Part shown: positions 1 through 22,725 of the stretch, one piece after another
Layout of the letters: each line of letters starts with the position of its first letter
Position numbering within the stretch: position 1 is the stretch's first letter
Assembly (NCBI RefSeq): GCF_009914755.1
Contig: NC_060947.1
Strand: one strand, 5' to 3'
Length of the DNA stretch: 64,000 bases
Source of the DNA: the human T2T-CHM13v2.0 reference genome, Homo sapiens
The notes under the pieces: generated by a model
What the model was told of the DNA's origin: nothing
Database searches by the model: none
Seen by the model: only the letters and a program-made list of their open reading frames with translations
Position numbers and translations under genes: made by a program

Positions 1-540
1 CTCCCGTTACCGTAGTCCCTCCCATTACCATAGTCCCTCCTCCATTACCATAGACCCTTCTACTTCTGTTACCATAGTCCCTCCTCCATTACCATAGACC
101 CTCCTCCCGTTACTATAGTCCCTCCTTCCGTTACCATAGTCCCTCCTCCCATTACTATAGACCCTCCGTTACCACAGTCCCCCCTTCTCACATTACCATA
201 GACCCTCCTTCCGTTACCATAGTCCCTCCTTCTGTTACCACAGACCCTCCTTTCGTTACTATAGTCCCTCCTCGTTACCATAGACCCTCCTCCTCCCGTT
301 ACCGTAGACCCTCCCCGTTACCACAGCCCCTCCTCCGTTACCATAGTCCCTCCTTCCATTACCATAGTACCTCCTCCCATTAGCAGAGTCCCTCCTTCTG
401 TTACCAGTCCTTCCTCCTCCCGTTACCATAGTCCACACTCCTCCCCTTACCATAGTCCCTCCTCCTCCCATTATCACAGCCCCTCCTCCTCCCATTATCA
501 CAGCCCCTCCTCCTCCCATTACAGTAGTCCCTCCTCCTCT
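1..540. repeat. Minisatellite, ~20-23 bp unit CCGTTACCATAG(T/A)CCCTCCT, truncated by the window start
   Basis: More than 20 degenerate tandem copies visible. Confidence 0.93.
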
Positions 541-699
541 TATTGCAAAAGCTCCCATCTGTGGGAATGATCTTTTCAAATGAAACTGTTGCTACCTGTG
601 TATCTGGTGTCTCTGTCACCATCATGGGACATCCCTGAAAGGTGTACCTCACTGCTGCAGAGTAGCACTCTCTGCAGGAAAGTCCATATCTTCCCTGCC

Positions 700-850
700 C
701 CAGACAACTGTGCTGTCCACAGCTGGACACTGGGCGCTTGCCAGACAGTTAGTGCAATGAGGCACTGAGTTTTTCTTTTCCCTTAATTATCACTTATTTA
801 ATTTTCGCGCATCACACGTGACCCCTGACCCCTGTTCTGGGCACCATCGT
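700..850. mobile_element. MER3-like hAT-Charlie fragment
   Basis: ctgtgctgtcca...tagtgcaatgaggcactgagtttt resembles MER3; highly diverged. Confidence 0.45.
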
Positions 851-1338
851 CGGAGAAATTTTCTTGAGGCTCGGGTTTCTTCTTTCTTTGCTACAAACTC
901 CCAGGGCTACTTACTAAGGTGAAGAAAACACACTGTTATGTAATCCATTATACAGTCAACGTATCCTTACCAGAACCAGAAAAATTCACAATTTTAATGG
1001 TGAATCGGGTTGGGAAATCCATGCTTCTAGTTTTGAGGCGAAATACATGACTGATAAAACCCTTTTGTATTATACAAGGGAACCGGAGTGGATGGAGTTT
1101 TGCTATAGATCTCCCAGACGCGCCCCACAGCTCCATGATTGACAGCGTGAGTGTGTCTATCACACGAACCGCTGGGGGAAGGCAGGCAGTTGTGTCAAAT
1201 TGGAACCGAATCACAAATGAAACATAAATTCCAGGATCCCGTTGAGTATAAAAACCCAGGACCCAACAAGGGCAAACGTAAGCAGCGAAGCCCCAGAGAC
1301 CCCCTAGAGCATCCAGCATGTTGGGGTTTTAGGTTTGA

Positions 1339-1699
<361 letters not shown>

Positions 1700-1723
1700 T
1701 AAACCGCGGCTCTACTTTGCATC

Positions 1724-2071
1724 TGTATTAGTTCATTCTCACGCTGCTGATAGACATACCCGAGACGGGGTAATTTATAAAGAAAAAGAGCTTTAATGGA
1801 CTCACAGTTCCACGGGGTTGGGGAGGCCTCACAATCACGACGGAAGACGAAAACCATATCTTCCACGGCGGCAGGCAAAATGGCTCCTGTAGGGGAACTT
1901 CCATTTATAAAACATCAGATCTCGTGAGAACACACTCACTACCACGAGAACAGTATGCGGGTCACCGCGCCCATGATTCAATTTCCTCCACCTGGCCCCA
2001 CCCTTCACAGGTGGGAATCATTACAATTCCAGGTGCCATGTGGGTGGGGACACAGCCATCCCATCGTTACA
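1724..2071 (-). mobile_element. THE1/MST-type MaLR solo LTR
   Basis: tgtattagttcattctcacgctgct...gactcacagttccac...tgggtggggacacagcc, the typical reverse THE1 LTR. Confidence 0.88.
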
Positions 2072-2879
2072 GAGATTGTTGCAAGTTTGCCAGAATCCTC
2101 ACACTCTTTTCAGAGGAGACCTTTCAAAAGAAACATCATCTAGGGAAGCTATGCTGTGTTCTGAGGCGAGGCTGGAATTTCAAAACCAGCTTTTCCACTA
2201 AAACACCTGCTCCATTTCCTCTGGGGCCTCCATTCTCCCCACGCCAGAATTAGGGGGTCTCTAGTCCCCCAGCTCTAATGCTTTCCAAGCAGGATAACCC
2301 TCTACATCCCATGGAAACCACGGCTGCTGCAAGGAAGAGCTGAGGGACTGCAGTGCCGCTGAACCGAGTCACCCTGGAGTTATAAATTATCAGGTTGGAG
2401 AAAAGGGGAAGGGGTTGTTGTATCTGGAGCTGAAGTTTTCAGGGCTGAGCTGCCAACGTGTGATACTTCAAGGGCCCCTGCGTACCTGACGCGGTGTGGA
2501 CAGTTCGCACCCACATAGAGTTTGCAAGCCAACAGGAAACCTAGGCAGGCTTCCTGGAGGAGGCATCATCCGGCCAGGAAATAGAGGTGAGATGTTGACA
2601 GCAGGAGATGGTGAGAAAGGAACCCAGGAGGAGGGTTATCCAAAATAGGGCACACAGGTGAGAGAGTGGGGGAAGAGGAAGCCACAGGAAGGAAGAAAAA
2701 AGGTCAATGATATTGTGACGTAAAGTAAGTTCCTGTAGCATCTTAGCATAGCAAGTTTGAGAAACAGTCGTGCATGGAATGAGGACAAAAAAAGACCTCT
2801 GCACCTGCACACCTGCCCTCTACTCACCTGTCCAGCCCAGGCAATGGCCTACCACCCTCATGTGATTAGTATTGTTCTA

Positions 2880-3865
<986 letters not shown>

Positions 3866-4336
3866 AAACTATCCTGCATTCTTCAGACAACACTGTGACT
3901 ACAGGACAAGCGGTCACGCTGTCATGGAAGGATGGAGCCCATCTCAAAGGGAATTTCTGGAGTGCAGAAAGCAACCACATCAGGTGGGAATACGCCCTCC
4001 CAGTCAGCAGGTGCGTTCTCAAATCTCCAGCGGGTAATTAGTGCACATCACACAATGAATGAGCTTCCGATAAGTGAAAGTATGGTATGCACACCGCGGC
4101 TGTGAAATGCGGTTCGTTCTTGGATATCATGGGCAGCATTGAAAACTTAAACCTTTTTCTTCTTGTGGAAAAGGCTGGGGCTTGTCATCACTGTCTCCTC
4201 CCTTCCCCTCGCAGTTTATATTTAGCTGGGCACACGCCGTGTGGATGCCCGTTTTCTTCCTCCTAGGGGAGAATCCTCAGCTACAGGGTTGTTTTGGTTT
4301 CCTTGTGTGTTTGTTTCTTGATTTATTCTCTCTTGA

Positions 4337-4693
<357 letters not shown>

Positions 4694-5274
4694 GGCTCAG
4701 TGGGTTTTAGGAGCATCCCAGCATTCCCCGGACACAAAATGTGCCTCTCTGTGATTTTTACTAACTCGCCTGGAGTCACCAATGTTGTTGCCATATTTTG
4801 ACCAAAACAGTAATAAAAGGGGCAATTTTCCTAGGGGCTCTTGTTCTGGTAGAAGAACAACTTCCCGCTGCCTGCATTGCAGGTGCCTCTGACTCAGGAG
4901 GAAACGCAGAATTTGGCGAACACGTGAAGTCTTTTTTCGCTAAATCTAAATTCTACAGGGTGGCTGGGGCCAATTGCAGTACGGATCTGAGGCATTGTAG
5001 ATGGCAAGAGTGCATGTGTGCGTGTGTGTATGTGTCTGAGTGTGCATGTATGTCTACACTTGCCATAAACGAAAGCACAAAAGGGAAATGTCAGAAAGAA
5101 ACCAGCAAAGGAAGCCAGCATCATTCACAATGCTGGTGTCTGTTACCCACAGAGGATGACATCGTCATTCAGGTGGCCATGAAGAAAGGCTTTGAATGAC
5201 ACTCCCAGAACAAGAGCCTGGAGATCTAACATCCACTCTGATTCTGCCCCTAGCCTTGGGTGACGTGGGTTTAA

Positions 5275-7097
<1,823 letters not shown>

Positions 7098-7113
7098 TTG
7101 AGCCTCCCCTATG

Positions 7114-7958
<845 letters not shown>

Positions 7959-8765
7959 TAAATGAATGTGTGGCAAGCAAAGAAAGAAGAACATGAAGAA
8001 AAGAGGGAGAGGAATACCCTACCACTACACAAGACCATATATCACCAACACCATTAATTCTTCCTTCTACATGATAAGCCGGCAAAGTCCCTGTCCTTGA
8101 TAACTGTGCCAATGACGTCTGATTCCCAGTAGATGGATGATGACTAATTAGTCCTACATGGCAAACAAACGAAGGGTTAATTAATCTGAGCCTGCCTGAG
8201 TTATCTGTGAATGAGGATAGCCCAGTCACTTGACAATCATTTTAAACAGGTCAACGGATGATCAATCACGACTGAAATTCCCCCGTAAAAGACGTGTCCA
8301 CTCAACTGGAATTTATTTCTAGGAAGAAAATGAGCGACCTGTGGGCTGGCAGTGGAGGTTTTTTTTTTTTTTTTTTTTTTTTAATGATGCTGCTGTTTCT
8401 TAAAATGGGCTTTGAGTTTTTTGTGTTATTCTATCCAGGAGAGCTCATGAAGGACCCTGTCAGTGTGGGGGGCATCCAAAACACATTAAGGCCAGATTCC
8501 TAGAGAAAGCTGTTTTGCCGAAACAAAAATGATGTCTGGTGGCATCACAGGCTTTCTTTAATCCACTTGGGCTCAGTCGTAATGGCAAAGCTAATGAACA
8601 CAGAGGGATATTTGCAGGATAAAAGCAATTAGAACAATTATGAGGGTAATTAACTGGCCCAACACACTCGTCAACACATCTAGCAGGACCGCCAGAATCT
8701 GAGACTCCAAAACCCAAGGTTTTTCTTTTCTGTTGATTCCAAAATCCTGGATGGATTTCCTGCTA

Positions 8766-9114
<349 letters not shown>

Positions 9115-9293
9115 TTAAAAAAAAAAAAGTAGCTGTAATCTCTCATGGAACTATACAACCTTAGAAACATATGATAAGGAAGCAGGATGTTGAAGGAATA
9201 CAGGGAAAGATGGTCTCTACAGGTCCTACTGAGTCTAGCAGGGATGGTTCAGGAGAGATGTATAGATATGATGTATGAGTTTACTATTGCTGC

Positions 9294-10475
<1,182 letters not shown>

Positions 10476-11184
10476 CTAAGAGCGACAGGTAGAGTGACTA
10501 AAAGCACCTTTGTTCCAACAGTGGCAGGCTGTAGCATCCCCGTTCTCAGGAAGCCACAACCAAAAAAAAAAAAAAAAAAAAAAAGCCAGCAACACACATG
10601 AGGTGAGAAGGATTTTCCTGAAAACTTCCAGCCTGACAGGTGCATGATTATTTTAAAAGCAGAGCCTAGATGTGCAAATCTGCAGGAGGGGTAACATGAA
10701 ACTAAAACATGGCATTGTTTGCAAGCTACATGGCTTCGTAGGAGAGTCTGCTGTATGGGGGGCCATGGCTTGCATGGCTGACAGCATCACTTCTCCTGCA
10801 TAGTGCAAAACATGGACAAGAAGATGCCTGAAGAGGTCCTGTGGGCCTGCCTAGACTCATCTGGCTTAATTACAATATTCAGAAATGCAACACCTACTCT
10901 CTGGAGAAGTATTCCATTCCCTCTTTCTGGGCTCCCACAAGCACAGTCTTTGCTTGGCTGAGCCAAGGGAGCTGACAGCAGAATCCCTGAGTCTTCGGAT
11001 ATTAGGGCTGTTGTTAGCTATGGAAGGAGGGCAGAGTTGAGGGTGTCAGACTTGGCCAACCTACCCACCAGAAGGAGGACATGCAAGCCACAGAGACTTG
11101 GGAGGAAGGACACAGAACAGTCCACAGATAGTCAAGTAGAGCAAGATTGTTTCAGGAAAAGGGGTTGGTTCTTTCACAGAATCC

Positions 11185-12330
11185 ATGAACAGCAATCATT
11201 ACCATTTTCATAATCATCACTATCACCACCATCACCAACATCATAGCCACCACCATCATCATTACCATCATCACCATCACCACCATCATCACTACCATCA
11301 TCACCATCATCATCATCACCATCACCATCATCATCATCACCATCACCATCATCATCACCATCATCACCATCACCATCATCACCACCATCATCACCATCAT
11401 CACCATCACCATCATCACCACCATCATCACCATCATCATCACCATCACCATCATCACCATCATCACCATCACCATCATCACCACCATCATCACCATCATC
11501 ATCGCCATCATCATCACTATCATCATCATCATCATCACCATCACCATCATCACCATCATCATCACCATCACCGTCATCACCACCATCATCACCATCATCA
11601 TCGCCATCATCATTATCACCATCATCATCACTATCATCATCATCATCACCACCATCACCATCATCACCATCATTAGCAGCAGCAGCAGCATGACCATCAT
11701 CACCATCATTATCATTTCTATCATCACCATCACCATCATCACCATCATCAGCAGCATCATCACCATCACCAACATCATTATCATTTCTATTACCACCACT
11801 ATCACCATCATCATCATCACCACCATCACCATCATCAGCAGCAGCAGCATCACCACCATCACCATCATCATTATTTCTATCACCACCACCATTGTCATCA
11901 CCATCATGACCATCATCATCACTGACCATCATCATCATCACATGACCATGACCATCACTATCACCATCCTCATCACCATCATCATTATCATTTCTATCAC
12001 CCCATCATCATCACCATCAGCATCAGCATCATCAACACCAATATTTTCATCATCACTATCATCACCATCATAAACACCATCATCACCATCACCATCATCA
12101 TTATCACATCAGCAGCAGCAGCATAATCATTATCATCACCATCATCACCATCGTCATGATCATCACCATCATCATCATCATCACCATCATCACAGTCATT
12201 ACTATATCACCATCACCATAATTATCACCATCATCACCATTACCACTGTCATCATCATTGCCATCATCACTACCACCATCATCACAACCATCATCACCAT
12301 CAGAATCACCATTATCATCAACATCATCAT
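11185..12330. repeat. ~1.15 kb (CAT/CAC)n trinucleotide array
   Basis: Directly visible; source of the poly-His, poly-Met/Val and poly-Asp/Gly ORFs. Confidence 0.98.
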
Positions 12331-12399
12331 TGTGGCAGCTGTCATTCATGAGATCCCACAATGCACAAAATATTTTCCTGTATTTTATTCCTTTGGCCA

Positions 12400-13250
12400 G
12401 TACTTTTTATATCCCAGTGATGTTCCATGGACCATCATGGGGCTGGGGAAATCAGTGACACAATTAAACAACCAACGATACAATGTGTGAGGTTGGCGAT
12501 AGAAGGGATTAAGTGTCCCAAGGGAGCAGGGAGTTGTAAGGCACCTGGCTTCAGGACAACTGCTTTACAGCATGCTATAAAAGCTGAGAAGACTAGCATG
12601 AAAGGGACTTGGATGGTCAGGAGGCAGAGGAGGGGAAGAATTCTCAAGAACCAGGAACCACATGTGCACAGCTACAGCAAACAGGTGGAGGCATGAAGGG
12701 CATTCTGCCCATATGGGTTTAAGCAGGTTAAGACAACAGTGTGACTCAGCAGGATCTCTCTGACTGCAGTGTAGACAGTTCAGGGAGGGAAACCTGGAAG
12801 CCGAGAGACTAGCCAGGAAGCAGAGTTATGAAGCAGGTAAGGGATAGGTGTGACCTGCTGTAGGGAGTGATACCGAAAATGACGGAGTGTTTTTGATAAG
12901 CATGTAGGTGGTCTACAGAGCTCTCAGTTGCCACCAGGGAGAGGAATGCCAAGGTGGAGAAAAGCATCTCAGACACTCTAGGATCGACTGTAGGCAGCTG
13001 AGAGGATGGTAGTCCACTGACTTACACAGAGAGAAGGAAAATGTCAAATACATTCCTGCACTTGCTGTGGAAGCAGGGAGGTGTAGGAGGCAGGAGTTTG
13101 GAAACAAATATATTGGTGAGAACTAGCAGAGCAGAGTTTTGGAGAACACGGACGTGGTTGCAAGACCTAAGGAAAGGTGTGTAGTGTGAGATGCTACGAG
13201 GAAACGCTGAGGAAAGGCAGCATAAAAGAAACAGTCAAGAAAGAAGCCAC
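12400..13250 (-). mobile_element. Old L2 LINE fragment
   Basis: Purine-rich L2-like motifs (ggatctctctgactgcagtgtaga, gagagactagccaggaagc). Confidence 0.55.
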
Positions 13251-13465
13251 ACAGGAGGGTAGGTCTTGGAGAAAGCAAACCCAGAGGGTGGAACCTCATG
13301 AGAGGATGGAATTGAATCTTTCAAGACAGCTGTTAAAGGACACTTTTTAAGAGTGTTTATCATAATTTTGCTCACTCAGATAAGTGGATGATTATTTAAT
13401 TCCTCACTCCAGCTGGACTATAAATTCCACACAGGCAAGAAGCAAGCTTATTTGGTTGTATTTAA

Positions 13466-13992
<527 letters not shown>

Positions 13993-14649
13993 TTAGGGAA
14001 AGGAACACAAATGTGACACTGGAAATTCACATTTGAATTTGGAAATTCATCCATGAATCAGCCAGAGGGCTATGGTGGTGGCTAGTGATGGTCATGGTTG
14101 CTTTAAAAGATGCATGCTTTATTGTGGTTTATGAGAGAACCACCAAGAATGGAAAGAATGTAGCACACAGACCGTAATTCTCATTCCATAGCCACAGCAG
14201 GCATCACTAATTGATGACTATTCCTTGCTGCAGGATCATTCTTATCTCAGGGTGCTGGCAGCCAGAACCAATCAATCAGCCTTAGGAGGGAAAATCCACT
14301 TGCCATCCATTCAATTTGTGATTCGGGTGTAGAGCATCTCCTGCATTCCGGCTGCTGTTATGAGATTAATTCCTTCAGAGGTTTACTAATTAATGGATGT
14401 TGAATTATCCCAAATGCTTCCCTGTTACCTAATGAGAAGCATCCTTTGGTCTACAGGTGGATGAGTTGCAACTAAGTCAGGAGTAATTTTTTTTTTAACC
14501 TGGAAGTCTATTCAGTGGATAAGATTAAACTAGATTTTCTTTATTTAGGTTGGTAAGTAGAACCAGCCGATGATGCTTCTTTGAAAAGTGTTCATTTGGG
14601 AGTAAAACGGTTTACTCAGACACAGGTTGGTGGCTCTGGTCACTTTGAA

Positions 14650-14875
14650 GAGTACAGCCAGTAGATTTTTGGATAAATGGCCAAATACTACACACCTTAG
14701 GATTTGTGGGCCATAAGGTCTCTGTTGCAACTCTTCAAACCTGTGTACCTAAGGCAAAAACAGTCACAGGCAATAAGTAAATGAATGTATATGGCTGTGT
14801 TTCAAGAAAACTTTAATGAGAAAAACAAGTTAAGGGTCAGATATGTTCCAGGGTCAACAGTTTCCAGATTCTTGA
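14650..14875 (-). mobile_element. MER58A
   Basis: gggccataaggtctctgttgcaactc...atggctgtgtttcaagaaaacttta matches the MER58A reverse strand. Confidence 0.75.
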
Positions 14876-14916
14876 TCTAGATTGTCCTTGATGGTTTGGA
14901 AAAAGTATATAGATAA

Positions 14917-15364
<448 letters not shown>

Positions 15365-16070
15365 TAATTCCATTTGCATGAATTTAGCAAAATTCTAATT
15401 TTTTGCAATAAGACAGCCTTTCATCCTTTGCCCAGGAGGAGGTAATCAAATATGTTAGTTGAGTTAAGAATAAATTACTTTTTTTGCATAAGTTTAAATC
15501 ATATTTTTATTACATGTTATTTCCTCTTTCTTGTTCCAATTCATGCTAATCTGTCCTTGCTTCTTTTGTGTGTGGAATGAAGGATGAATAAATGGTGGGA
15601 TATTATTCTTTCATTTTTCTTAAGGAAACTACTATTGATGGTTTTGTTTTTTTTTTTTTTGCTTCTCTGCTACTTTCCTTTTGTATTTATTTCTGCACAA
15701 TGTCATTATTTTCATACTCCTGCTTCCTAATTTTACTTTATTTCTTAGAGGCCCAGTCATCATTTGCTTTTTTATTTCTTACTAGCACGAGAACTTAGAG
15801 TGATACAAATCTTCTGAATATTTTGGCTGCATTCTGCAGACAGTGACAGCTTCCATTTCCATGGATATTATTTATAAAACATTTTTGTCACCTGCTATGA
15901 ATTGTCACCCTGCCCACATGCTTTAAAAGGACAGTTTTTGAAATCAACATGAGTTTGGGCACTGGGAAACTGCAAACTTAATAAAATTAAACATTAAAAA
16001 AGCGGCTCTTTCTGCTTCCCTATCAACTGAGGCAGCAGGGTTATAGATGTAGGGGGTAAGGAACGGACCC

Positions 16071-16515
16071 TGTATTGGTCAGGGTTCTCTAGAGGGACAG
16101 AACTAACAGGATAGATATATAGAAAGGGGCATTTATTCGGTATTAACTCACACGATCACAAGGTCCCACAATAGACTGTCTGCAGGCTGAGGGGCAAGGA
16201 AGCCAGCCCAAGTCCCAAAGCTGAAGAACTTGGAGTCCAGTTTTCCAGGGCAGGAAGTATCCAGCACAGAGAAAGATGCAGGCTGGGAGGCTAGACCAGT
16301 CTAGTCTTTTCATGTTTTTCTGCCTGCTTATAGTCTAGCCTCGCTGGCCTGCTGATGACATGGTGGCCACCCAGATGATTAAGGGTGGGTCTGCCTTTCC
16401 CAGCCCACGGACTCAAATGTTAATGTCCTTTGGCAACACCCTCACAGACACACCCAGGATCAATACTTTGCATCCTTCAATCCAATCAAGTTTACTCTAA
16501 GTATTAATCATCGCA
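16071..16515 (-). mobile_element. MLT2A (HERV-L) solo LTR
   Basis: tgtattggtcagggttctctagagggacagaactaa...tttggcaacaccctcacagacacacccagga...caatccaatcaag; TG..CA ends. Confidence 0.9.
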
Positions 16516-17016
16516 GAACCCATTCCAAGGGCAGAAGTTTACAGAGGAAATAGTTAGGACCTCAGCCAGCTCCAGAGTGTGCATGGATCAGATAACAGGG
16601 GTGAATTTCCTCACAGCAGGCGGAAAAAAAAAAAAATTCCCTACTCTGAGCCTCCACCCTCCCCTGCAAAAAAAAAAAAAAAAAAAACGGGATTCCCTCA
16701 GGTACCCCCAGAACCTAAATCTTGTTCTGTGCCAGGGAGGCATGGGGTACAGGAGCCTGGCTCACTCCTGAGGAAGCCACTGCTCATAGCTACAGGGTAG
16801 CTGTGGTCCTGTGGGGACTGATCAGCCTCAGGGCTTGAGGGGACAATGAGGGCAGAGAAAACAGGAGAAGGGAGTGGTATGGGTTTGTCCTTGGTCTTAC
16901 TCAAAGGAGCCATTGGGAGGCATGGAGGGAACCCCATGGCAAGATGCTGAGACGATGCCAGCTTGCTGGGGGTTGCAGAAACGTTTTCAGGTAGCCCCTT
17001 GGAAAGAAACACTGGT

Positions 17017-17855
17017 TGTCATGGGCTGAATTTTGTCCCCCTCAAATTCATACATTGAGATCCTCACCCCTAGGACTTCAGAATGTGATCATATTTGGAT
17101 ATGGGGTCTTTAAAGAGGCAATTAAGGTAAAATGAGGTTTCAGGGGGTTGGGGGGAGGCTGATCCAATGGGACTGGCTCCTTATAAGAAGAGGAGATGAG
17201 GACACAGACACACACAGAGGGACAACCCTGTGAGGACACAGGGAGAAGACGGTGACTCCAAGTCCAGCAGAGAGACCTCAGGAGGAACCAGCCCTGCCCA
17301 TACCCTGATCTCAGATGTCCAGCCTCCAGTACTGTGGGAGAATCAATGTCTATTGTTTCTAAGCCACCCAGCCTATGGTATTCTGTGATAGCAGCCTGAA
17401 ATGGACTAAGATATCTCATAAGAAGAGGAGATGAGGACACAGACACAGACAGAGGAAGGACTCTGTGAGGACACAGGGAGAAGACAGCATCTCCAAGTCC
17501 AGGAGAGAGACCTCAGGAGGAATCAGCCTTGCCCATACCCTGATCTCAGACATCCAGCCTCCAGGACTGTGGGAGAATAAATGTCTTGTTTGTAAGTCAT
17601 CCAGCCTATGGTATTCTGTGACAGCAGCCTGAAATAGACTAAGACATTTCATAAGAAGAGATGAGGACACAGACACACACAGAGGAAGGACTCTGTGAGG
17701 ACACAGGGAGAAGACGGCGTCTACAAGCCAGAGAGAAAGCAAGCCTACCGACACGGTGACCTCAGACATGTAGCCTCTACAGCTGTGAGAGAATAAGTAT
17801 CTTTTGTTTAAACCACCTGGTCTGTGGATCTCTGTAACACTCGGCAACGCTACAA
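17017..17855 (+). mobile_element. MLT1-type LTR with its 3' half amplified in ~234-bp tandem units (x3)
   Basis: ataagaagag...gaggacacag unit starts at 17183, 17418 and 17651. Confidence 0.88.
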
Positions 17856-18534
17856 GACGAATACACGGACCAGAGCATTAGAAGCGCCGCAGGTGGTCTC
17901 TGGCAGTCACGCTTCTGCCATGAGAATCAGCTCTAACCGTCTGTTACCGGGACATAGGGTAACCAGCCAGGAAGGGGTCACCTGGTCTCCTTCCTCCTCT
18001 CTCTCACCTGCACCCAGGTGGGTGCTCCAATGGCAGCTCATGGGGGGAAAGAGAGGGAAAGGCTGGGCCAGAGGCAGCAGAAATCTCCCTTCTGAAAGAG
18101 GAAGATGACCTGAGCTCCTGCCCTGGGCTGAATCCCTGAATCCAGACTCTGTTTTGTGATGAAAGTGATGGCGGTAACCTGGGAGGGGGTGGGTAGGTAG
18201 GTTTCGTGTCCACCTCTGTTTCCATGCAGGAGCTTGGGAGAGGGAGACAGGGAGGGCACAGCACATGGATGACACCCCACGGGCTGTGTGCTTGGCGTGC
18301 TGGACACGTGTGTCACAGTCTTTCTTGACCTAAAACATGGGTACTTTTATCCACTCATGAGTGTATGATCAATTGACACACACGAGTCACTCACCAACAG
18401 CTGCACAAGGATGCTCCAGAGATAAATCTTCTCTTGCCTTGTGTTTTATTTATTCTTCTCTGTATCTCCCTGATCTGGCCTTTTCAGATTCAGAATCACG
18501 TGGGTTGTTGAGCATTTCCAATTTAAGGGCAATT

Positions 18535-19955
<1,421 letters not shown>

Positions 19956-20424
19956 CCATCTGTTCTTACTTTTTATTTCATGGAATGCTGTTTTATTGGG
20001 GACCCAAGAATTTGGCAGGATCAGTCTATCCTCAGGGAGTCAGTGAAGTTCAATAATAAAGAAACTCTCCAGGTCGTCCCTCCTTAAAAGTCAGGTTCCT
20101 TCAAGACAGAATACAAGTGACCTGCCCTCAGGCAAAAGGGATGCCGGCAACGTTGCACCACTGGTGCAACACCAGTATGCACCAAGGCATAACCCAAGAT
20201 TTAAGACGCAGCCAAGAGCCCTTTCCCAGGAGGAGCCATAGGTAGGAATTCTCAGGCAGGCAGGGGACTGGGGGAAAAAATAAACCCACCTAGGGGTGGA
20301 ATCCTGCCAAGTAAGAGAGGAATATAGAAGGCAGCAGACACAGGGGTCACACCCAGAAATGCAAAGGCTGATGTGAAAAGCCTGCCACGAAGCACCCAGC
20401 CCATCTTAAGTGAAATTCAAGAGG

Positions 20425-21260
<836 letters not shown>

Positions 21261-21261
21261 T

Positions 21262-22060
21262 AGGTATATAATTTTATGTATATATTAATTTTATATTTTG
21301 TATACTGATATATATGTATTATATATTATATGTTACAATGTTTATTTATATTATATATTATGATATATGCTTATTATATATTATATTTATTATATATTAT
21401 GTGTTACATAGTATGATATATATAAAATAATATATACATAAAATTAAACATCCAATAACTATAGTTTATACTTATATATTATAAATTCGTGTTTATTATA
21501 AAGTATGATATAAAAATATATACTAAATATATATACTATTTATAGAATAGCATAAATATTTAATATAAATTATTTATAATGACACAAATATAATTTATAG
21601 TTATCATTATATATTTATGTAATATATATTTTATATATACACAAAATGTATTGTGCATATTATATTATGTTTTATATATAAATATATAAATAAAATATAT
21701 CAAAGTATATCTTGTATATAATTTTATATTACAAATATATGTTACAAAATATATATACATTACAAAATGTAACATACATATGAATGTGAATTCATATGTA
21801 TATACATTATAATATAAATTCATATTATGTCATTATGTATTTAATATATACATTGAACATAATACATCATATATAATAATACATTATAATTTAATGTATA
21901 TGCTTTATAATAATAAATATATAGTAAGTATATAAACCTAAAATATTAATATAGATCAAATATATAAATGTGTATACAATAAATATATGAACCTAAAATA
22001 TGAATATATATAAAGTAGATGAATATAACACATAAACAAACTATAAATGTCTAGACATTG
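21262..22060. repeat. ~800 bp degenerate (TA)n AT-rich tract
   Basis: Almost exclusively A/T. Confidence 0.95.
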
Positions 22061-22120
22061 ACCATGTACAAGTGTGCAGTGTGGACAGTGAATGGAAATG
22101 TGAGCATGAAATGTGTGTTG

Positions 22121-22725
22121 ACGCCTCCCATCTCCTGTGCACACACAAGACACAGCGACCTCCCCATCTCCTGCGCACACATGACACACAGGGACCTCCC
22201 CATCTCCTGTGCACACACATGACACACAGGGACCTCCCCATCTCCTGCACACACATGACACACAGGGACCTCCCCGTCTCCTCCGCACACACGACACACA
22301 GGGACCTCCCTGTCTCCGGCGCACACAGGACACCCAGGGACCTCCCCATCTCCTCTGCACACACGACACACAGGGACCTCCCCGTCTCCTGCACACACGA
22401 CACACAGGGACCTCCCCGTCTCCTCCGCACACACGACACACAGGGACCTCCCTGTCTCCTGCGCACACACGACACACAGGGACCTCCCCGTCTCCTGCAC
22501 ACACGACACACAGGGACCTCCCCATCTCCTGGGCACACAACACCCAGGGACCTCCCTGTCTCCTGCACACACGACACACAGGGACCTCCCCGTCTCCTGC
22601 ACACACGACACACAGGGACCTCCCCATCTCCTGGGCACACAACACCCAGGGACCTCCCTGTCTCCTGCACACACGACACACAGTGACCTGCCCGTCTCCT
22701 GCGCACACACAACACACAGGGACCA
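22121..22725. repeat. GC-rich VNTR, 34-36 bp unit CACACACGACACACAGGGACCTCCCCGTCTCCTG, ~17 copies
   Basis: Tandem units visible; explains the ORFs at 21956-23119. Confidence 0.96.

Noticed and set aside
11152-12361. Long poly-His, Met/Val and Asp/Gly ORFs
   Set aside because: Translations of a trinucleotide repeat; no splice or promoter support
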